Shown here piece by piece: positions 29,780-39,628 of a DNA stretch of 64,000 nt. Source of the stretch: Crocinitomicaceae bacterium (GTDB lineage: Bacteria; Bacteroidota; Bacteroidia; Flavobacteriales_D; Crocinitomicaceae); assembly GCA_044361535.1 (NCBI GenBank), contig JBIKIQ010000004.1, positions 49,705 to 113,704 on the forward strand, in the 5' to 3' direction. The position numbers and the translations under genes are program-made. Within the stretch, counting starts at the first letter, position 1. The number at the start of each line of letters is the position of its first letter. A model generated the notes under the pieces. The model was not told the origin of the DNA. It was given only the letters and a program-made list of their open reading frames with translations, and made no database searches.

Positions 29780-31135
29780 TTACTCCTTCAAATACGGAAG
29801 AATTAGATGATTACCGTTAGCGAATTCCATACGAACGAAAAACAAGCCGTTTACGTTTGTCACAAGAGAGTACTGGTTTCCTTGAACAATCAGATCTTGC
29901 TTACTTCCGGTTAAATCATAAATGGCAATCTCAGAAATTTTAGATCCTATTGAAGATATTCCAAAAGAACCATTTCCCGGGTTAGGGAACAAGGTTGCAA
30001 AATCACTTTGTTCTTCTAATCCTAAATCATTAATTGAAATACAATCCGAAGTGTCAGAACAACCATTCGCAAGCGTCACTATCACAGCATATTCACCATT
30101 GATCGGAGGTGTGTATTGCACCGAAGTAGCACCGGGTATAATCGTTAAAGATGGACACAATAACCATTGATAAAGCGCATTTGGTTGTAAGGACGTGATT
30201 TGACCGTTCAAAAATTCTAAACCGGTTGATGGAGAAGGCAGTACAGTTACGTTTTGAGTGGTTGTATCACACCCTTGATTATTACAAGCAATTAGGGTAA
30301 TTACATATTGTCCCGGCAAATTAAAACAAAGTGGTTGAGGATTTTCAAGAGTGGAAGAATTTCCGTTACCAAAATCCCACGAATAGGACGTTGCATCAGA
30401 ACTAGTGTTAGAAAATGTAAAGCAATCGTTTTGACAAAGTTGATTGGTATTTACACTAAAAACTGCCTGAGGAACTGGTAGGATATCCGTTGTAATCTTT
30501 AAATTATTTAATGCAAGGGAAGGGTCAGAACCAGCTCCATCATTACTATTTCTCCAATCAAAACCCAGTCTCAACGAAGATAAATTATTGCATGTAGTAG
30601 GCAATGGAATTGACACATGAGACCATAGACCTTGTCCGTTTGAGCAAGTAGACGCAGGAGTAATTAGTTGTAAATTAATCCAAGTACTACCACCATCAAT
30701 ACTATATATGACAGCTCCATAATCATCTCCGGCCTGACCAATTCCAATATAATCGAACTCAATACTCAAATTTTGAGAATTCAAAGTGCTAATGTTTGAA
30801 GCGATAACTGCACGTTTATTGGTTGTTGCAGAGATAAATCCTAATCCACCATCACCAGCATTATAGGTTGCACCGGTTCCTACACACCAGGTCCCTTGAC
30901 AACCAACATGTAAAGTTTTATTTCCATTTCCAGCTGTGCCGCATCCTCCTGCAGCCACGCCTCCTTCGGCATCAGAAATCACCCATAGATTTGCATCAAT
31001 ATCATTTTGTCCAGTAGAAATATTGAGAGTCCACTCAGCAGAATTTTCAAAATCATTTTGCCAAATTGTTGTTTGTGCATCTCCATTCTTTAAAATCAAA
31101 AAGAACAGCGCTGCTAGGAAAAAATATTTTTTCAT
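29780..31135 (-). CDS. T9SS-secreted protein with a PKD domain and a type-A CTD
   Basis: Signal peptide 'LFFLILKNGDAQ'. PKD signature 'FTFSNTSSDATSYSWDFGNGNSS'. C-terminus 'LFPNPGNGSFGI...'. Confidence 0.75.
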   Translation of the reverse strand: MKKYFFLAALFFLILKNGDAQTTIWQNDFENSAEWTLNISTGQNDIDANLWVISDAEGGVAAGGCGTAGNGNKTLHVGCQGTWCVGTGATYNAGDGGLGFISATTNKRAVIASNISTLNSQNLSIEFDYIGIGQAGDDYGAVIYSIDGGSTWINLQLITPASTCSNGQGLWSHVSIPLPTTCNNLSSLRLGFDWRNSNDGAGSDPSLALNNLKITTDILPVPQAVFSVNTNQLCQNDCFTFSNTSSDATSYSWDFGNGNSSTLENPQPLCFNLPGQYVITLIACNNQGCDTTTQNVTVLPSPSTGLEFLNGQITSLQPNALYQWLLCPSLTIIPGATSVQYTPPINGEYAVIVTLANGCSDTSDCISINDLGLEEQSDFATLFPNPGNGSFGISSIGSKISEIAIYDLTGSKQDLIVQGNQYSLVTNVNGLFFVRMEFANGNHLILPYLKE

Positions 31136-31202
31136 AGAATTTTCTTGTGAAGATAAAAAAAATGATGGTTACTTTTACAAAGTAAATAAATTTCAGCTTA
31201 TT

Positions 31203-32594
31203 ATGAAAAAATGGTCTTTCATAATTTTCATGTTTTCACTTCAAATGGTTATTTCCCAAGAAATAATTGACACTTGGCATGGATTGTTAGATGTTGGTCA
31301 AAAGCTTCGGCTGGATTTGCATATCGCAAAAAATGGAGAAAATTACGAGGGTAAATTAGACAGTCCCGATCAGGGAGCAAAAGACATTCCAGCAACAAAA
31401 GTGGAATTTAGTAATAATACGCTAGTTTTTGAAGTTAAAAATCTAGGTGTTAGTTATTCAGGCATTCTCTTCAAAGACTCAATTGATGGAACATTTAAAC
31501 AAGGTAGTTTTAGTACAAAAATGCTCCTTACTCGATCAGAAGTGATTTTAAAAAAAGCCTTCAGACCTCAAGATCCTAAAGAACCGTTTGACTATGTGGA
31601 AGAGGAAATTTCGTTTGAGAATAAACTAGAAAAATTCAATTTAGCTGGAACAATAACTTATCCAAAGGGTGAAGGTCCATTTCCCGCGGTTATATTAGTA
31701 AGTGGAAGTGGCCCTCAAGATAGAAATGAAGAAATATTAGAACACAAACCATTTTGGATTATAGCTGATTATTTAACAAAACAAGGTTTTGCTGTTTTAC
31801 GTTATGATGATCGAGGTACAGCTAAATCTAAAGGGAATTTTTATTCAGCCACCTCGATTGAACTTTCTCAGGATGCCGAGAGTGCCCTTGATTTTTTGAA
31901 AACAAATTCTAAAATAAATACTTCTAAAATTTGTATTGCGGGACATAGTGAAGGAGCTATGATTGCTGTAATGCTTGCAGCTCGAAGGAAAGACATCCAT
32001 TCCATTGCTCTTCTTTCTGGACCTGGAATACCTGGGAGAGAATTGCTTTTGTTGCAGCAGTATCTAATAAATAGGGCCAATGGGATTTCCGAAAAAACAA
32101 ATAAATCAATACAACGATACAATAGTAAAATCTATGATATCGTTCATGAACAATCTAGCTTAGATGTGGCAAAACCCATTTTGGAGAAAAAAATCAGAAA
32201 AACGCTGAGCAAAACCAAAGATAGTGAACTGGAAAGTTACCCATCAAAAGAGGCATTAATTCAAGAATCAATAAGTAATGTATGCAATCCTTGGATGTTT
32301 TATTTTATCAAGTATAATCCTAAAAATGATTTAGAAAAAGTAAATTGTCATGTGCTAGCAATCAATGGAAGTAAAGACCTACAAGTTCCACCAAAAGAAA
32401 ATCTAGGTGCATTGCAAAAGTATATTCCTAAATCTGACAAATCGCAAGTATTTAAAGAAATTCCAAATTTGAATCATTTATTTCAAGAGTGTGAAACCGG
32501 AAATCCGACCGAATATGGAACAATTGAGCAAACCATTCAAGAAGATGTGCTGAAAATCATGGGGGAATGGTTAAATTCCATCCAAAATAAGTAA
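31203..32594 (+). CDS. Secreted alpha/beta-fold hydrolase
   Basis: The signal peptide 'MKKWSFIIFMFSLQMVISQE' begins at the ATG at 31203. Nucleophile elbow 'AGHSEGA'. The first 267 nt of the ORF-track reading (30936..) overlap the antisense gene and look like noise. Confidence 0.8.
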   Translation: MKKWSFIIFMFSLQMVISQEIIDTWHGLLDVGQKLRLDLHIAKNGENYEGKLDSPDQGAKDIPATKVEFSNNTLVFEVKNLGVSYSGILFKDSIDGTFKQGSFSTKMLLTRSEVILKKAFRPQDPKEPFDYVEEEISFENKLEKFNLAGTITYPKGEGPFPAVILVSGSGPQDRNEEILEHKPFWIIADYLTKQGFAVLRYDDRGTAKSKGNFYSATSIELSQDAESALDFLKTNSKINTSKICIAGHSEGAMIAVMLAARRKDIHSIALLSGPGIPGRELLLLQQYLINRANGISEKTNKSIQRYNSKIYDIVHEQSSLDVAKPILEKKIRKTLSKTKDSELESYPSKEALIQESISNVCNPWMFYFIKYNPKNDLEKVNCHVLAINGSKDLQVPPKENLGALQKYIPKSDKSQVFKEIPNLNHLFQECETGNPTEYGTIEQTIQEDVLKIMGEWLNSIQNK

Positions 32595-32595
32595 A

Positions 32596-33009
32596 ATGGG
32601 CAAAGTACTCGCCTTGGATTTTGGATTAAAACGAACAGGTATCGCACTTTCGGACGATGCGCGGATTTTCGCCTTTGGACATAGCACTGTAGAAAGTAAG
32701 GACTTAGTTTCTGTCCTTAAATCATTAATTCCAAAAGAAAAGATATCTATCATTGTTCTTGGAAAACCAAAACGACTAGACAATAGTTTATTTGAGATAA
32801 ATCAAAATATTGATCTTTTTATAGAAGTACTGAAAAAAGAATTTCCAACGCATGAAATCGTTCAAATAGACGAGCGATATACATCAAAAATGGCTTCTCA
32901 GGTAATTTCGCAATCCGGAAAAAACAAAAAACAACGACAGGACAAAGGCTTAATTGATAAAGTAAGTGCTGCCTTGATTTTGCAATCTTTTTTAGAACAA
33001 GGAAAGTAA
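32596..33009 (+). CDS. ruvX: Holliday-junction resolvase-like nuclease RuvX/YqgF
   Basis: 'VLALDFGLKRTGIALSD' at the N-terminus, 'DERYTS' motif, 137 aa. Confidence 0.85.
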   Translation: MGKVLALDFGLKRTGIALSDDARIFAFGHSTVESKDLVSVLKSLIPKEKISIIVLGKPKRLDNSLFEINQNIDLFIEVLKKEFPTHEIVQIDERYTSKMASQVISQSGKNKKQRQDKGLIDKVSAALILQSFLEQGK

Positions 33010-33023
33010 ATTGTTTTTTGTAT

Positions 33024-35300
33024 TTAAATCTTGTTTACTTTCTTCGTTTTCACGCTACCATCTTTCATATTTACTTGCAGGAAGTAGGTTCCAACACCTA
33101 ATTCATTTTCTAGTTCAAGTTGAGTGTTATTCGCAGTAAGTGACTTTCGAACAATTACTTTACCCGCTATATCCATTAGAATCAACTCGCTTGCATCTAA
33201 CTGATTAAGATTTATTTGCAAAGAATTCGTGAATGGATTAGGATAAACTTCAATATCTTTAATTACAGACCATTCAACTCCTACATTTCCAATGCAAAAT
33301 TGAAAACTTGTTTGATCACCAAAATTAGCTTGTGCCTCTGTTATTTGACCTAACGTATCTCCTTGATAAACTACTGAAACACTTCCGTCTTGTCCACACC
33401 AGAAACCGCCAAATACACCGTCTCCATAACTATCCATAATGAAATATGTGTAACATCCATCATTCAAACACCATGGATCTGAATCCACAGGACCCGGCTG
33501 ATCATCTGAGTATCCAGAACCTGAATAAATTGCAGTTGAAGTAGCATCTTGTAGTTCCCATGTAGTTTCTGAACCATAACAATCCAAAGCGAGATTCATT
33601 TGAACAGATTGCCCTCCAATTACAACATTAAAAGTGGAAGAAACAGAATTGTTATTCGCATTTTCGTCAGTAAGTCCTGCATTTGGATTGGATACAGATG
33701 CTAAAAATGTATGAATACCAGCAGTCATTGAAGCTGTTGGAAGAGTAACTGCAGCTGATTGCCATTGTGCTAAATTCCCAGACCAGCTATAAGTTAAGTT
33801 TTGTACACCATCAAAACCATAATTAATTTGCGCAGTGGTTAATGCTTCAGAACCATTATTTTGAATAGTTACTTGTGGCGTTACCTCAGTACCACAAAAT
33901 GTACCTGAAACACCTTGAGGATTAGTCATTCCTGGATCTACAGCAACTGGTGTAGCATTCGATGGATCATATCCGTCGATAAATTCAGCACCTGAGTTAT
34001 TTGGATCTAACCAAAATTTTAATTGATTGGTGCTGTTAGAATTAGCAGGTTCCCAAGAGCTATGAACACGACCGTAATAATCTGGTGAACTAAGGTTACT
34101 ACATGATGCGCCACCGCCCCAAAGCTGTCCAATAATTCGGTGATTTTGATCAAACAAAGGTGAGCCAGATGATCCTCCCTCAGTGGTTGTATTTCTATCC
34201 CATTCTACAGTCCACGTAGAATTTGCCTCAGTTGACCCCATACCTTGACTAGAAACGGCAGGAGCATCATCAAATGAAATTTTCTTAATATCACCTGCAG
34301 GATGATGAATCGAAACTGTAGTTGTTGGTGCTATGTCAGAATTGCTCCATCCAGAAAAATAAGGATTGTAACTTAATGGAACTGTATTTGCCTGCAATCC
34401 ACCTGTGATTTCTACCAAACAAAAATCAGAAGGTGTTCTTCTCGATCTCAATACCGATCCACTTAATGATTGAAATGAAGGTGAAGCTCCTGGGTTGTTG
34501 CAGTCAGTTGCTTGCCAATTGAATCGAAAAATCCAGTTTGTTGGATCTGAATAACAATGATTCGCTGTTAATACGTATGGCTTTCCATCATTTAACGTAT
34601 TATTAATTAATGCACCTGAACAAAAGCCATTACTTCCAGAAACAAGCATTACCGCACTGTTTCGTTCTTGTTGCCAAGGCAAACCATCCGCACAATTCAC
34701 ATTCATATTACAAGCTCCTGAACTTCCAAAAGCTTTTTCTTGAAATTCGGATGCAGTACGATAACCATGCGTTACAGTACCTAATTCTATTTTTCCTTCT
34801 GAATTTCCTTGTTTTACATAATACTCAACTATTACAGTACTTCCTGGTACTAATTCGGTTCCAAGTTGGCCATTGTAAATATGTCCTTGTATAAACTTCC
34901 CTAAAATAAAATCCCTTTTTTCATTAAATACATACAACTCATTTCCCTGTGGAATCTCCGAATTTTTAAAGGATAAGTTAACGGATAAAGCCTGTTCACA
35001 GGTAAGTTTCAAAAACCAAATTCGATCACCATTATCAAGCTCAAACCAAGAGCCCGAATTGGTTAAATTAAGGTTTGTGAAATTATTATACCCAAAACGC
35101 CAAGGTGCAGTGCCTGTATTATCTACAAGGGCATCCTCCGCCTTTAGCGAGGAAATATCTGGCATAGAAAATGTCCGTTGATCTATATTCTTGTATAACT
35201 GCTCGTATTTAAAACTTTTAGGAATACCACCATTTCCTTGTTTTTGTCCGTAAATAAAAATCGTCAATAAAGACAATACTAAGGTAAATTTTACTTTCAT
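33024..35300 (-). CDS. Trypsin-fold (S1) serine endopeptidase with a type-A T9SS CTD
   Basis: Catalytic His in 'YVLTANHC', Ser in 'GGSSGSPLF', candidate Asp in 'SDFCLVEI'. C-terminal accessory beta domains, then 'VYPNPFTNSLQINL...'. Confidence 0.8.
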   Translation of the reverse strand: MKVKFTLVLSLLTIFIYGQKQGNGGIPKSFKYEQLYKNIDQRTFSMPDISSLKAEDALVDNTGTAPWRFGYNNFTNLNLTNSGSWFELDNGDRIWFLKLTCEQALSVNLSFKNSEIPQGNELYVFNEKRDFILGKFIQGHIYNGQLGTELVPGSTVIVEYYVKQGNSEGKIELGTVTHGYRTASEFQEKAFGSSGACNMNVNCADGLPWQQERNSAVMLVSGSNGFCSGALINNTLNDGKPYVLTANHCYSDPTNWIFRFNWQATDCNNPGASPSFQSLSGSVLRSRRTPSDFCLVEITGGLQANTVPLSYNPYFSGWSNSDIAPTTTVSIHHPAGDIKKISFDDAPAVSSQGMGSTEANSTWTVEWDRNTTTEGGSSGSPLFDQNHRIIGQLWGGGASCSNLSSPDYYGRVHSSWEPANSNSTNQLKFWLDPNNSGAEFIDGYDPSNATPVAVDPGMTNPQGVSGTFCGTEVTPQVTIQNNGSEALTTAQINYGFDGVQNLTYSWSGNLAQWQSAAVTLPTASMTAGIHTFLASVSNPNAGLTDENANNNSVSSTFNVVIGGQSVQMNLALDCYGSETTWELQDATSTAIYSGSGYSDDQPGPVDSDPWCLNDGCYTYFIMDSYGDGVFGGFWCGQDGSVSVVYQGDTLGQITEAQANFGDQTSFQFCIGNVGVEWSVIKDIEVYPNPFTNSLQINLNQLDASELILMDIAGKVIVRKSLTANNTQLELENELGVGTYFLQVNMKDGSVKTKKVNKI

Positions 35301-35303
35301 AGT

Positions 35304-35927
35304 TTAATTTTTCATTCGTTTTATGCTACATCCTTTAGGAGCAGTTGATTTTGTTTTAATTTTCTTGCCTTTTGAATATGAATCTATTGCATTCATCAAA
35401 TATGGAACATCTGTTTTCCTTTTATCTTCAAAAGAATTATCAATTGAACCTGTATAAATCAAATTTAAATTTCTATCAAAAAAGAAAATATGAGGCGTTG
35501 TTTTTGCGCCGAATGCATTTGCAAGCTCTGAATTTTTATCGAGGACATACGACATCATAAATCCTTTATCTGACTTTCGCTTAGTCATATCAGCCAGCGA
35601 TTCTCCTCCTTCTCTTTTTGCCTCGTTGGAATTAACCAAAACAACATCAATTGAATGTGCTTTGGCTTTTTCAAAAATTGAATTGTATGAGTTTTCCCAA
35701 CCTCCAAATGTACCATCGTTGAATCCAATTACAAATGGACACGTGTTGGAAGTAAAAATAACAATTAGACCCTCTTGATTCATCTTTTTTAATGACAGCA
35801 TTTCGCCCGTTGTTGAAGTCATTTGAAGATCACTCAATGGTGCTTTTTGTCCTATGGAAAGGGGCGTAAACTGACTAAACGTGAATTTTGAAACTACTAG
35901 GGTTATCAAAAACAAAAATGATCTCAT
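35304..35927 (-). CDS. Secreted thioredoxin-fold (redoxin-like) protein
   Basis: Signal peptide. 'LIVIFTSNTCPFVIGF' places a single Cys where a CxxC or peroxidatic Cys sits (CPFV, no second Cys). Stop lies 3 nt before the protease gene start. Confidence 0.6.
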   Translation of the reverse strand: MRSFLFLITLVVSKFTFSQFTPLSIGQKAPLSDLQMTSTTGEMLSLKKMNQEGLIVIFTSNTCPFVIGFNDGTFGGWENSYNSIFEKAKAHSIDVVLVNSNEAKREGGESLADMTKRKSDKGFMMSYVLDKNSELANAFGAKTTPHIFFFDRNLNLIYTGSIDNSFEDKRKTDVPYLMNAIDSYSKGKKIKTKSTAPKGCSIKRMKN

Positions 35928-35951
35928 ACTCTATAAATGTTAGTGGCTAAT

Positions 35952-36857
35952 TTACGATTTTATTTTACGAATAAACAATCCTAATTTGTAAAAATCAAAC
36001 ATCCAGAGTATAAAATACCCTTTTTGAAGAAAAAAAACAACGAAAGGTCGAATCATTTGAAAAATAATTAAAACGATTTTACGCAATTTTTGTTGAGCAA
36101 TTTTTTCGTAAAAACGAATAAGCTTAATCTCTGATATTTCAGGATATTGGTCTCGCATGAAATATATCTTTACCAAATTTAAAATTGCATTATCCGTTTT
36201 TTTCAAAAAAACTTTATTTGTATCAAGGTGTTTGTTCAAAACTGGATTCTCTAAATGCTCAATTTTACAATTCTTTTGAATCAACAAAATACCAAAAAGC
36301 GTATCCTCATGTCCATATCCCTTGAGCTCTTCATTAAATGGTATTTCTAAAAAAAGTTCTCTTCGAATTAAAAAATTATTCGTTTTAAAACCCAAATTTC
36401 CTTTTTCTCGCTTGTCAGCTGTTTTACTTTCTCGGTAAATGCTATATTTCCACCTTAAATATTTTGATCGATCAGGTTTGTCTTTTTGATAAATACTACC
36501 GCCAACTAAAACATCAACGGTGCTGTTTTCTAAAAATCTAACAAAATCAAACACATAGTTTTTTGAAACTATTTCTGAATCACCATCAATAAAAAGAAGA
36601 TAGTCTCCTTTGGAGTGTGCTAAAAATAGATTTCGAATTTTTGAACGTCCAATATTCTCGGGCAACTCAATGAATTTACACACGTTTTTTGACGCTTCGT
36701 TTTTCTGTTTCCAGATCAGGTCGGAACAGTCATCTATTACAATGATTTCAACTTTATCTCCTAACAATTTACACTGTTCATAAAGACTTTGAGCCAAAGA
36801 ATTTACATCAGAATTATAAACCGGGATGCAAATAGAAATCAGGGTTGAATCAGACAC
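35952..36857 (-). CDS. Family 2 glycosyltransferase
   Basis: 'ISICIPVYNSD', 'EIIVIDDCSD' and 'LLFIDGDSE' (DxD-type) are canonical GT2 strings. C-terminal membrane-associated helix. Confidence 0.85.
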   Translation of the reverse strand: MSDSTLISICIPVYNSDVNSLAQSLYEQCKLLGDKVEIIVIDDCSDLIWKQKNEASKNVCKFIELPENIGRSKIRNLFLAHSKGDYLLFIDGDSEIVSKNYVFDFVRFLENSTVDVLVGGSIYQKDKPDRSKYLRWKYSIYRESKTADKREKGNLGFKTNNFLIRRELFLEIPFNEELKGYGHEDTLFGILLIQKNCKIEHLENPVLNKHLDTNKVFLKKTDNAILNLVKIYFMRDQYPEISEIKLIRFYEKIAQQKLRKIVLIIFQMIRPFVVFFLQKGYFILWMFDFYKLGLFIRKIKS

Positions 36858-36860
36858 TTT

Positions 36861-37814
36861 TTATTCATTTAAAACAGTTTCAACCCATCCTTTTCCCCAA
36901 TTATCCTTTTCTTGGGCAGACCAAAGTTGAGGGAAGAAAATACGTTTTTGAAAACGAGGAGGTAAATATTTTTGCCAGTTTGTTCCGCCTGTAGCCGCAA
37001 TATCAGTGGAATCTTTTGCCAAATAACGCACTGCAGATTTATAGTGCGCAAGTGGCCAATTAATATTGACATTACTATCGTGTTGTTTTAAAACCTCAAT
37101 TACCTGTTGGTCCTTTTGATCTGCTTCTGACAGTTTGCTAAACACTTGCCACAAATTTCTTTCAATGCATTTTTTTCCTAATTGAATGAATTCATCCTTG
37201 TATCGATCTTCAAATTGTGTTAATGTTAGTGTCTTTTTTCCCGTTTTAATCTCAGTGGCTCCCTCTTTCCAATAAATGTGTTCAAATAACTTCTCGATTT
37301 CTTTCTCTGAATTCATTTGTTCACGAACATCCTTGTGCACCAAATTAATAAAGTCCGTTGAATATATCTCTATTAATCGGTATTGTGCTGATTGAAAACC
37401 ACTAGCAGGTAACAGTGACATACGGAATTTCAAAAATTGTTTTTGCTCCATTCCATCAACCATTATTTCAAAACTATTTATTAATGCCTCAAAATAACGA
37501 TTAATTCTTCCCACACGATCCACAAAAAATACTTTTTCAATTTTCTCTGTATTACCTAATTGTTCAAATTCTCTCAAAGCCAATTTAAAATAGAGCTCGG
37601 TAATCTGATGATAAATAATAAAAACCACCTCATCTGGATAGGATGTTTTCGGTTTTTGAATACTCAAAAGCGTATCTAACTCGATGTAATCCCAATATTT
37701 TGTAACATCAGCATGTAAAAGACCATCTAAATAAGCGTTTAAGTCTTGTCCCAGTGCGTCATATTTATCACTTAATTGATCTAGTTTGGCCTTGATTTCG
37801 GGAGTAATTTCCAT
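36861..37814 (-). CDS. Tryptophan 2,3-dioxygenase family protein
   Basis: 'FIIYHQITELYFKL' matches the distal-His helix and 'ATGGTNWQKYL' matches the GTGGSSG..YL region of bacterial TDO. A candidate proximal His lies in 'WPLAHYKSAVRYL'. Confidence 0.75.
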   Translation of the reverse strand: MEITPEIKAKLDQLSDKYDALGQDLNAYLDGLLHADVTKYWDYIELDTLLSIQKPKTSYPDEVVFIIYHQITELYFKLALREFEQLGNTEKIEKVFFVDRVGRINRYFEALINSFEIMVDGMEQKQFLKFRMSLLPASGFQSAQYRLIEIYSTDFINLVHKDVREQMNSEKEIEKLFEHIYWKEGATEIKTGKKTLTLTQFEDRYKDEFIQLGKKCIERNLWQVFSKLSEADQKDQQVIEVLKQHDSNVNINWPLAHYKSAVRYLAKDSTDIAATGGTNWQKYLPPRFQKRIFFPQLWSAQEKDNWGKGWVETVLNE

Positions 37815-37881
37815 GAGAGTTCAGTTTTTGCCGAAATTAATAAAAAAAGTTAACCATCAAATTTTTCGACATTATTTAAAG

Positions 37882-37889
37882 TAAATTTG
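37882..37889 (+). promoter_or_regulatory. Putative -7 promoter box for the bestrophin gene
   Basis: 'taaatttg', 21 nt upstream of the ATG at 37911. Confidence 0.4.
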
Positions 37890-37910
37890 AATTGATTATA
37901 AATTATCAAA

Positions 37911-38783
37911 ATGATCACGTACGACCCTAAAAATTGGATTCAACTCATTTTTGCTCTGAACAAGAGCGATACCTTTCGCATGTTGTGGAAAGAGCTCGTT
38001 TACATTGCTCTTTTATCCATGGCGATTGCTTTTCTTGAGATTACTTTTTTTCCAAAAGCAGTAGCCCTGAACAGTTTGATTTCTGTTTATTCACTTTTGG
38101 GGTTCATTATTTCGCTTTTGCTTGTTTTCAGAACAAACACGGCGTATGATCGATGGTGGGAAGGAAGAAAAATTTGGGGGCAATTTATTAATGATAGTAG
38201 AAATTTATCCATTAAATTATCAAGTTTTCAATTAACACAGGACGAGCGTATATTCTTTGCCCGAATGATTCCAAATTTTGCGCTCTCAAGCAAAGAATAT
38301 TTGAGAAAAGGGGTTGATTTAGATATTTTACACTTAACAAATGAAGAAAGACAAATCTTTCAGACCAAAAATCATGTCCCACTTTTTGTAATTCAACTAA
38401 TAACTCAAAAAATAGAATCGATCAAAAAGGAAATGCGAATTACCAATGAAGATTATTTGGTTTTAAGTAAAAATTGTAATTCACTTATTGATGGAATCGG
38501 TGCGTGTGAACGAATTAAAGCTACTCCTATTCCCTTTTCTTACAGCATGTTTATCAAAAAATTTATTTTTATTTACGTGGTTTCGATGCCATTGGCATTC
38601 GTTAATATTTTCGGATATTGGTCTGCTTTCATTTCTACATTTGTCTTCTATGCATTGGTGAGTATGGAAATTTTGGCAGAAGAAATTGAGGATCCTTTTG
38701 GAGTTGACGACAATGATCTTCCAACAGATGGAATTTCAGAAAAAATTCAACAAAACTGCAAGGAGATATTCGAAATTATTTGA
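37911..38783 (+). CDS. Bestrophin-family (UPF0187/YneE) ion channel
   Basis: 'LLVFRTNTAYDRWWEGRKIWGQ' and 'PIPFSYS' are signature strings. Four predicted TM helices. Confidence 0.85.
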   Translation: MITYDPKNWIQLIFALNKSDTFRMLWKELVYIALLSMAIAFLEITFFPKAVALNSLISVYSLLGFIISLLLVFRTNTAYDRWWEGRKIWGQFINDSRNLSIKLSSFQLTQDERIFFARMIPNFALSSKEYLRKGVDLDILHLTNEERQIFQTKNHVPLFVIQLITQKIESIKKEMRITNEDYLVLSKNCNSLIDGIGACERIKATPIPFSYSMFIKKFIFIYVVSMPLAFVNIFGYWSAFISTFVFYALVSMEILAEEIEDPFGVDDNDLPTDGISEKIQQNCKEIFEII

Positions 38784-38884
38784 TACACAACTTTTAATGA
38801 AGGTAAGATTTTAATAAAACGTTTAAATTCACTAAATTCGCAGTCCGATAATACGAAAACTAAATTCGTTTCGTTTAAGAATTC

Positions 38885-39628
38885 ATGAGTAAAGAAGAGC
38901 ACATTGATAAAAACAACATCCCAAGACACATAGCTGTCATAATGGATGGCAATGGTCGATGGGCTAAACAACAAGGGCAAGACCGTTTATTTGGTCATGC
39001 TTCGGGTGTAGAATCCGTTCGGTCAACAATCAAATCTGCTCGGGAATTTGGAGTTGAATATCTTACTCTTTACGCATTTTCTACAGAAAATTGGAATCGC
39101 CCCAAAGAAGAAGTTGATGCTTTAATGGATTTATTGGTACAATCCATCGCAAACGAAGTTGATGAACTTGATGAAAACAACATCCGTTTAATTACAATTG
39201 GTGATGAATCAAAATTGCCAGAAGATTGTCAGAAAAGTTTGATATGGGCGAAAGAAAAAACAAAAAACAATAAAGATCTTACATTAATTCTTGCGTTAAA
39301 TTACAGTGCCCGTTGGGAAATCATTCGTGCCCTGAAAGAAATAGCAGAAGAAATAGAAAATCATCAGCTCAAAGCAGAAGAAATAAACGAAGAAATTTTT
39401 GAACGATTTCTTTCAACAAAGGACATTCCTGATCCGGAGTTACTTATAAGAACTAGTGGAGAGAACAGAATTAGTAATTTTCTACTTTGGCAAATTGCAT
39501 ACACTGAGTTTCATTTTACCAATGTTTACTGGCCGGAATTTAGACGTGAACATTTCATGCAGGCCTTATTAGATTATCAAAATCGCGAGCGAAGATTTGG
39601 GTTGGTTTCTGAACAAATACAAGAATGA
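38885..39628 (+). CDS. uppS: Isoprenyl transferase (undecaprenyl-diphosphate synthase)
   Basis: 'PRHIAVIMDGNGRWA', 'LTLYAFSTENWNRP' and 'LIRTSGENRISNFLLWQIAYTE'. Confidence 0.93.
   Translation: MSKEEHIDKNNIPRHIAVIMDGNGRWAKQQGQDRLFGHASGVESVRSTIKSAREFGVEYLTLYAFSTENWNRPKEEVDALMDLLVQSIANEVDELDENNIRLITIGDESKLPEDCQKSLIWAKEKTKNNKDLTLILALNYSARWEIIRALKEIAEEIENHQLKAEEINEEIFERFLSTKDIPDPELLIRTSGENRISNFLLWQIAYTEFHFTNVYWPEFRREHFMQALLDYQNRERRFGLVSEQIQE

Noticed and set aside
30936-31202. N-terminal 89-codon extension of the alpha/beta hydrolase ORF ('MPHPPAATPPSASEITHRF...')
   Set aside because: It overlaps the 5' end of the well-supported minus-strand PKD/T9SS gene. A canonical signal peptide begins at the internal ATG at 31203.
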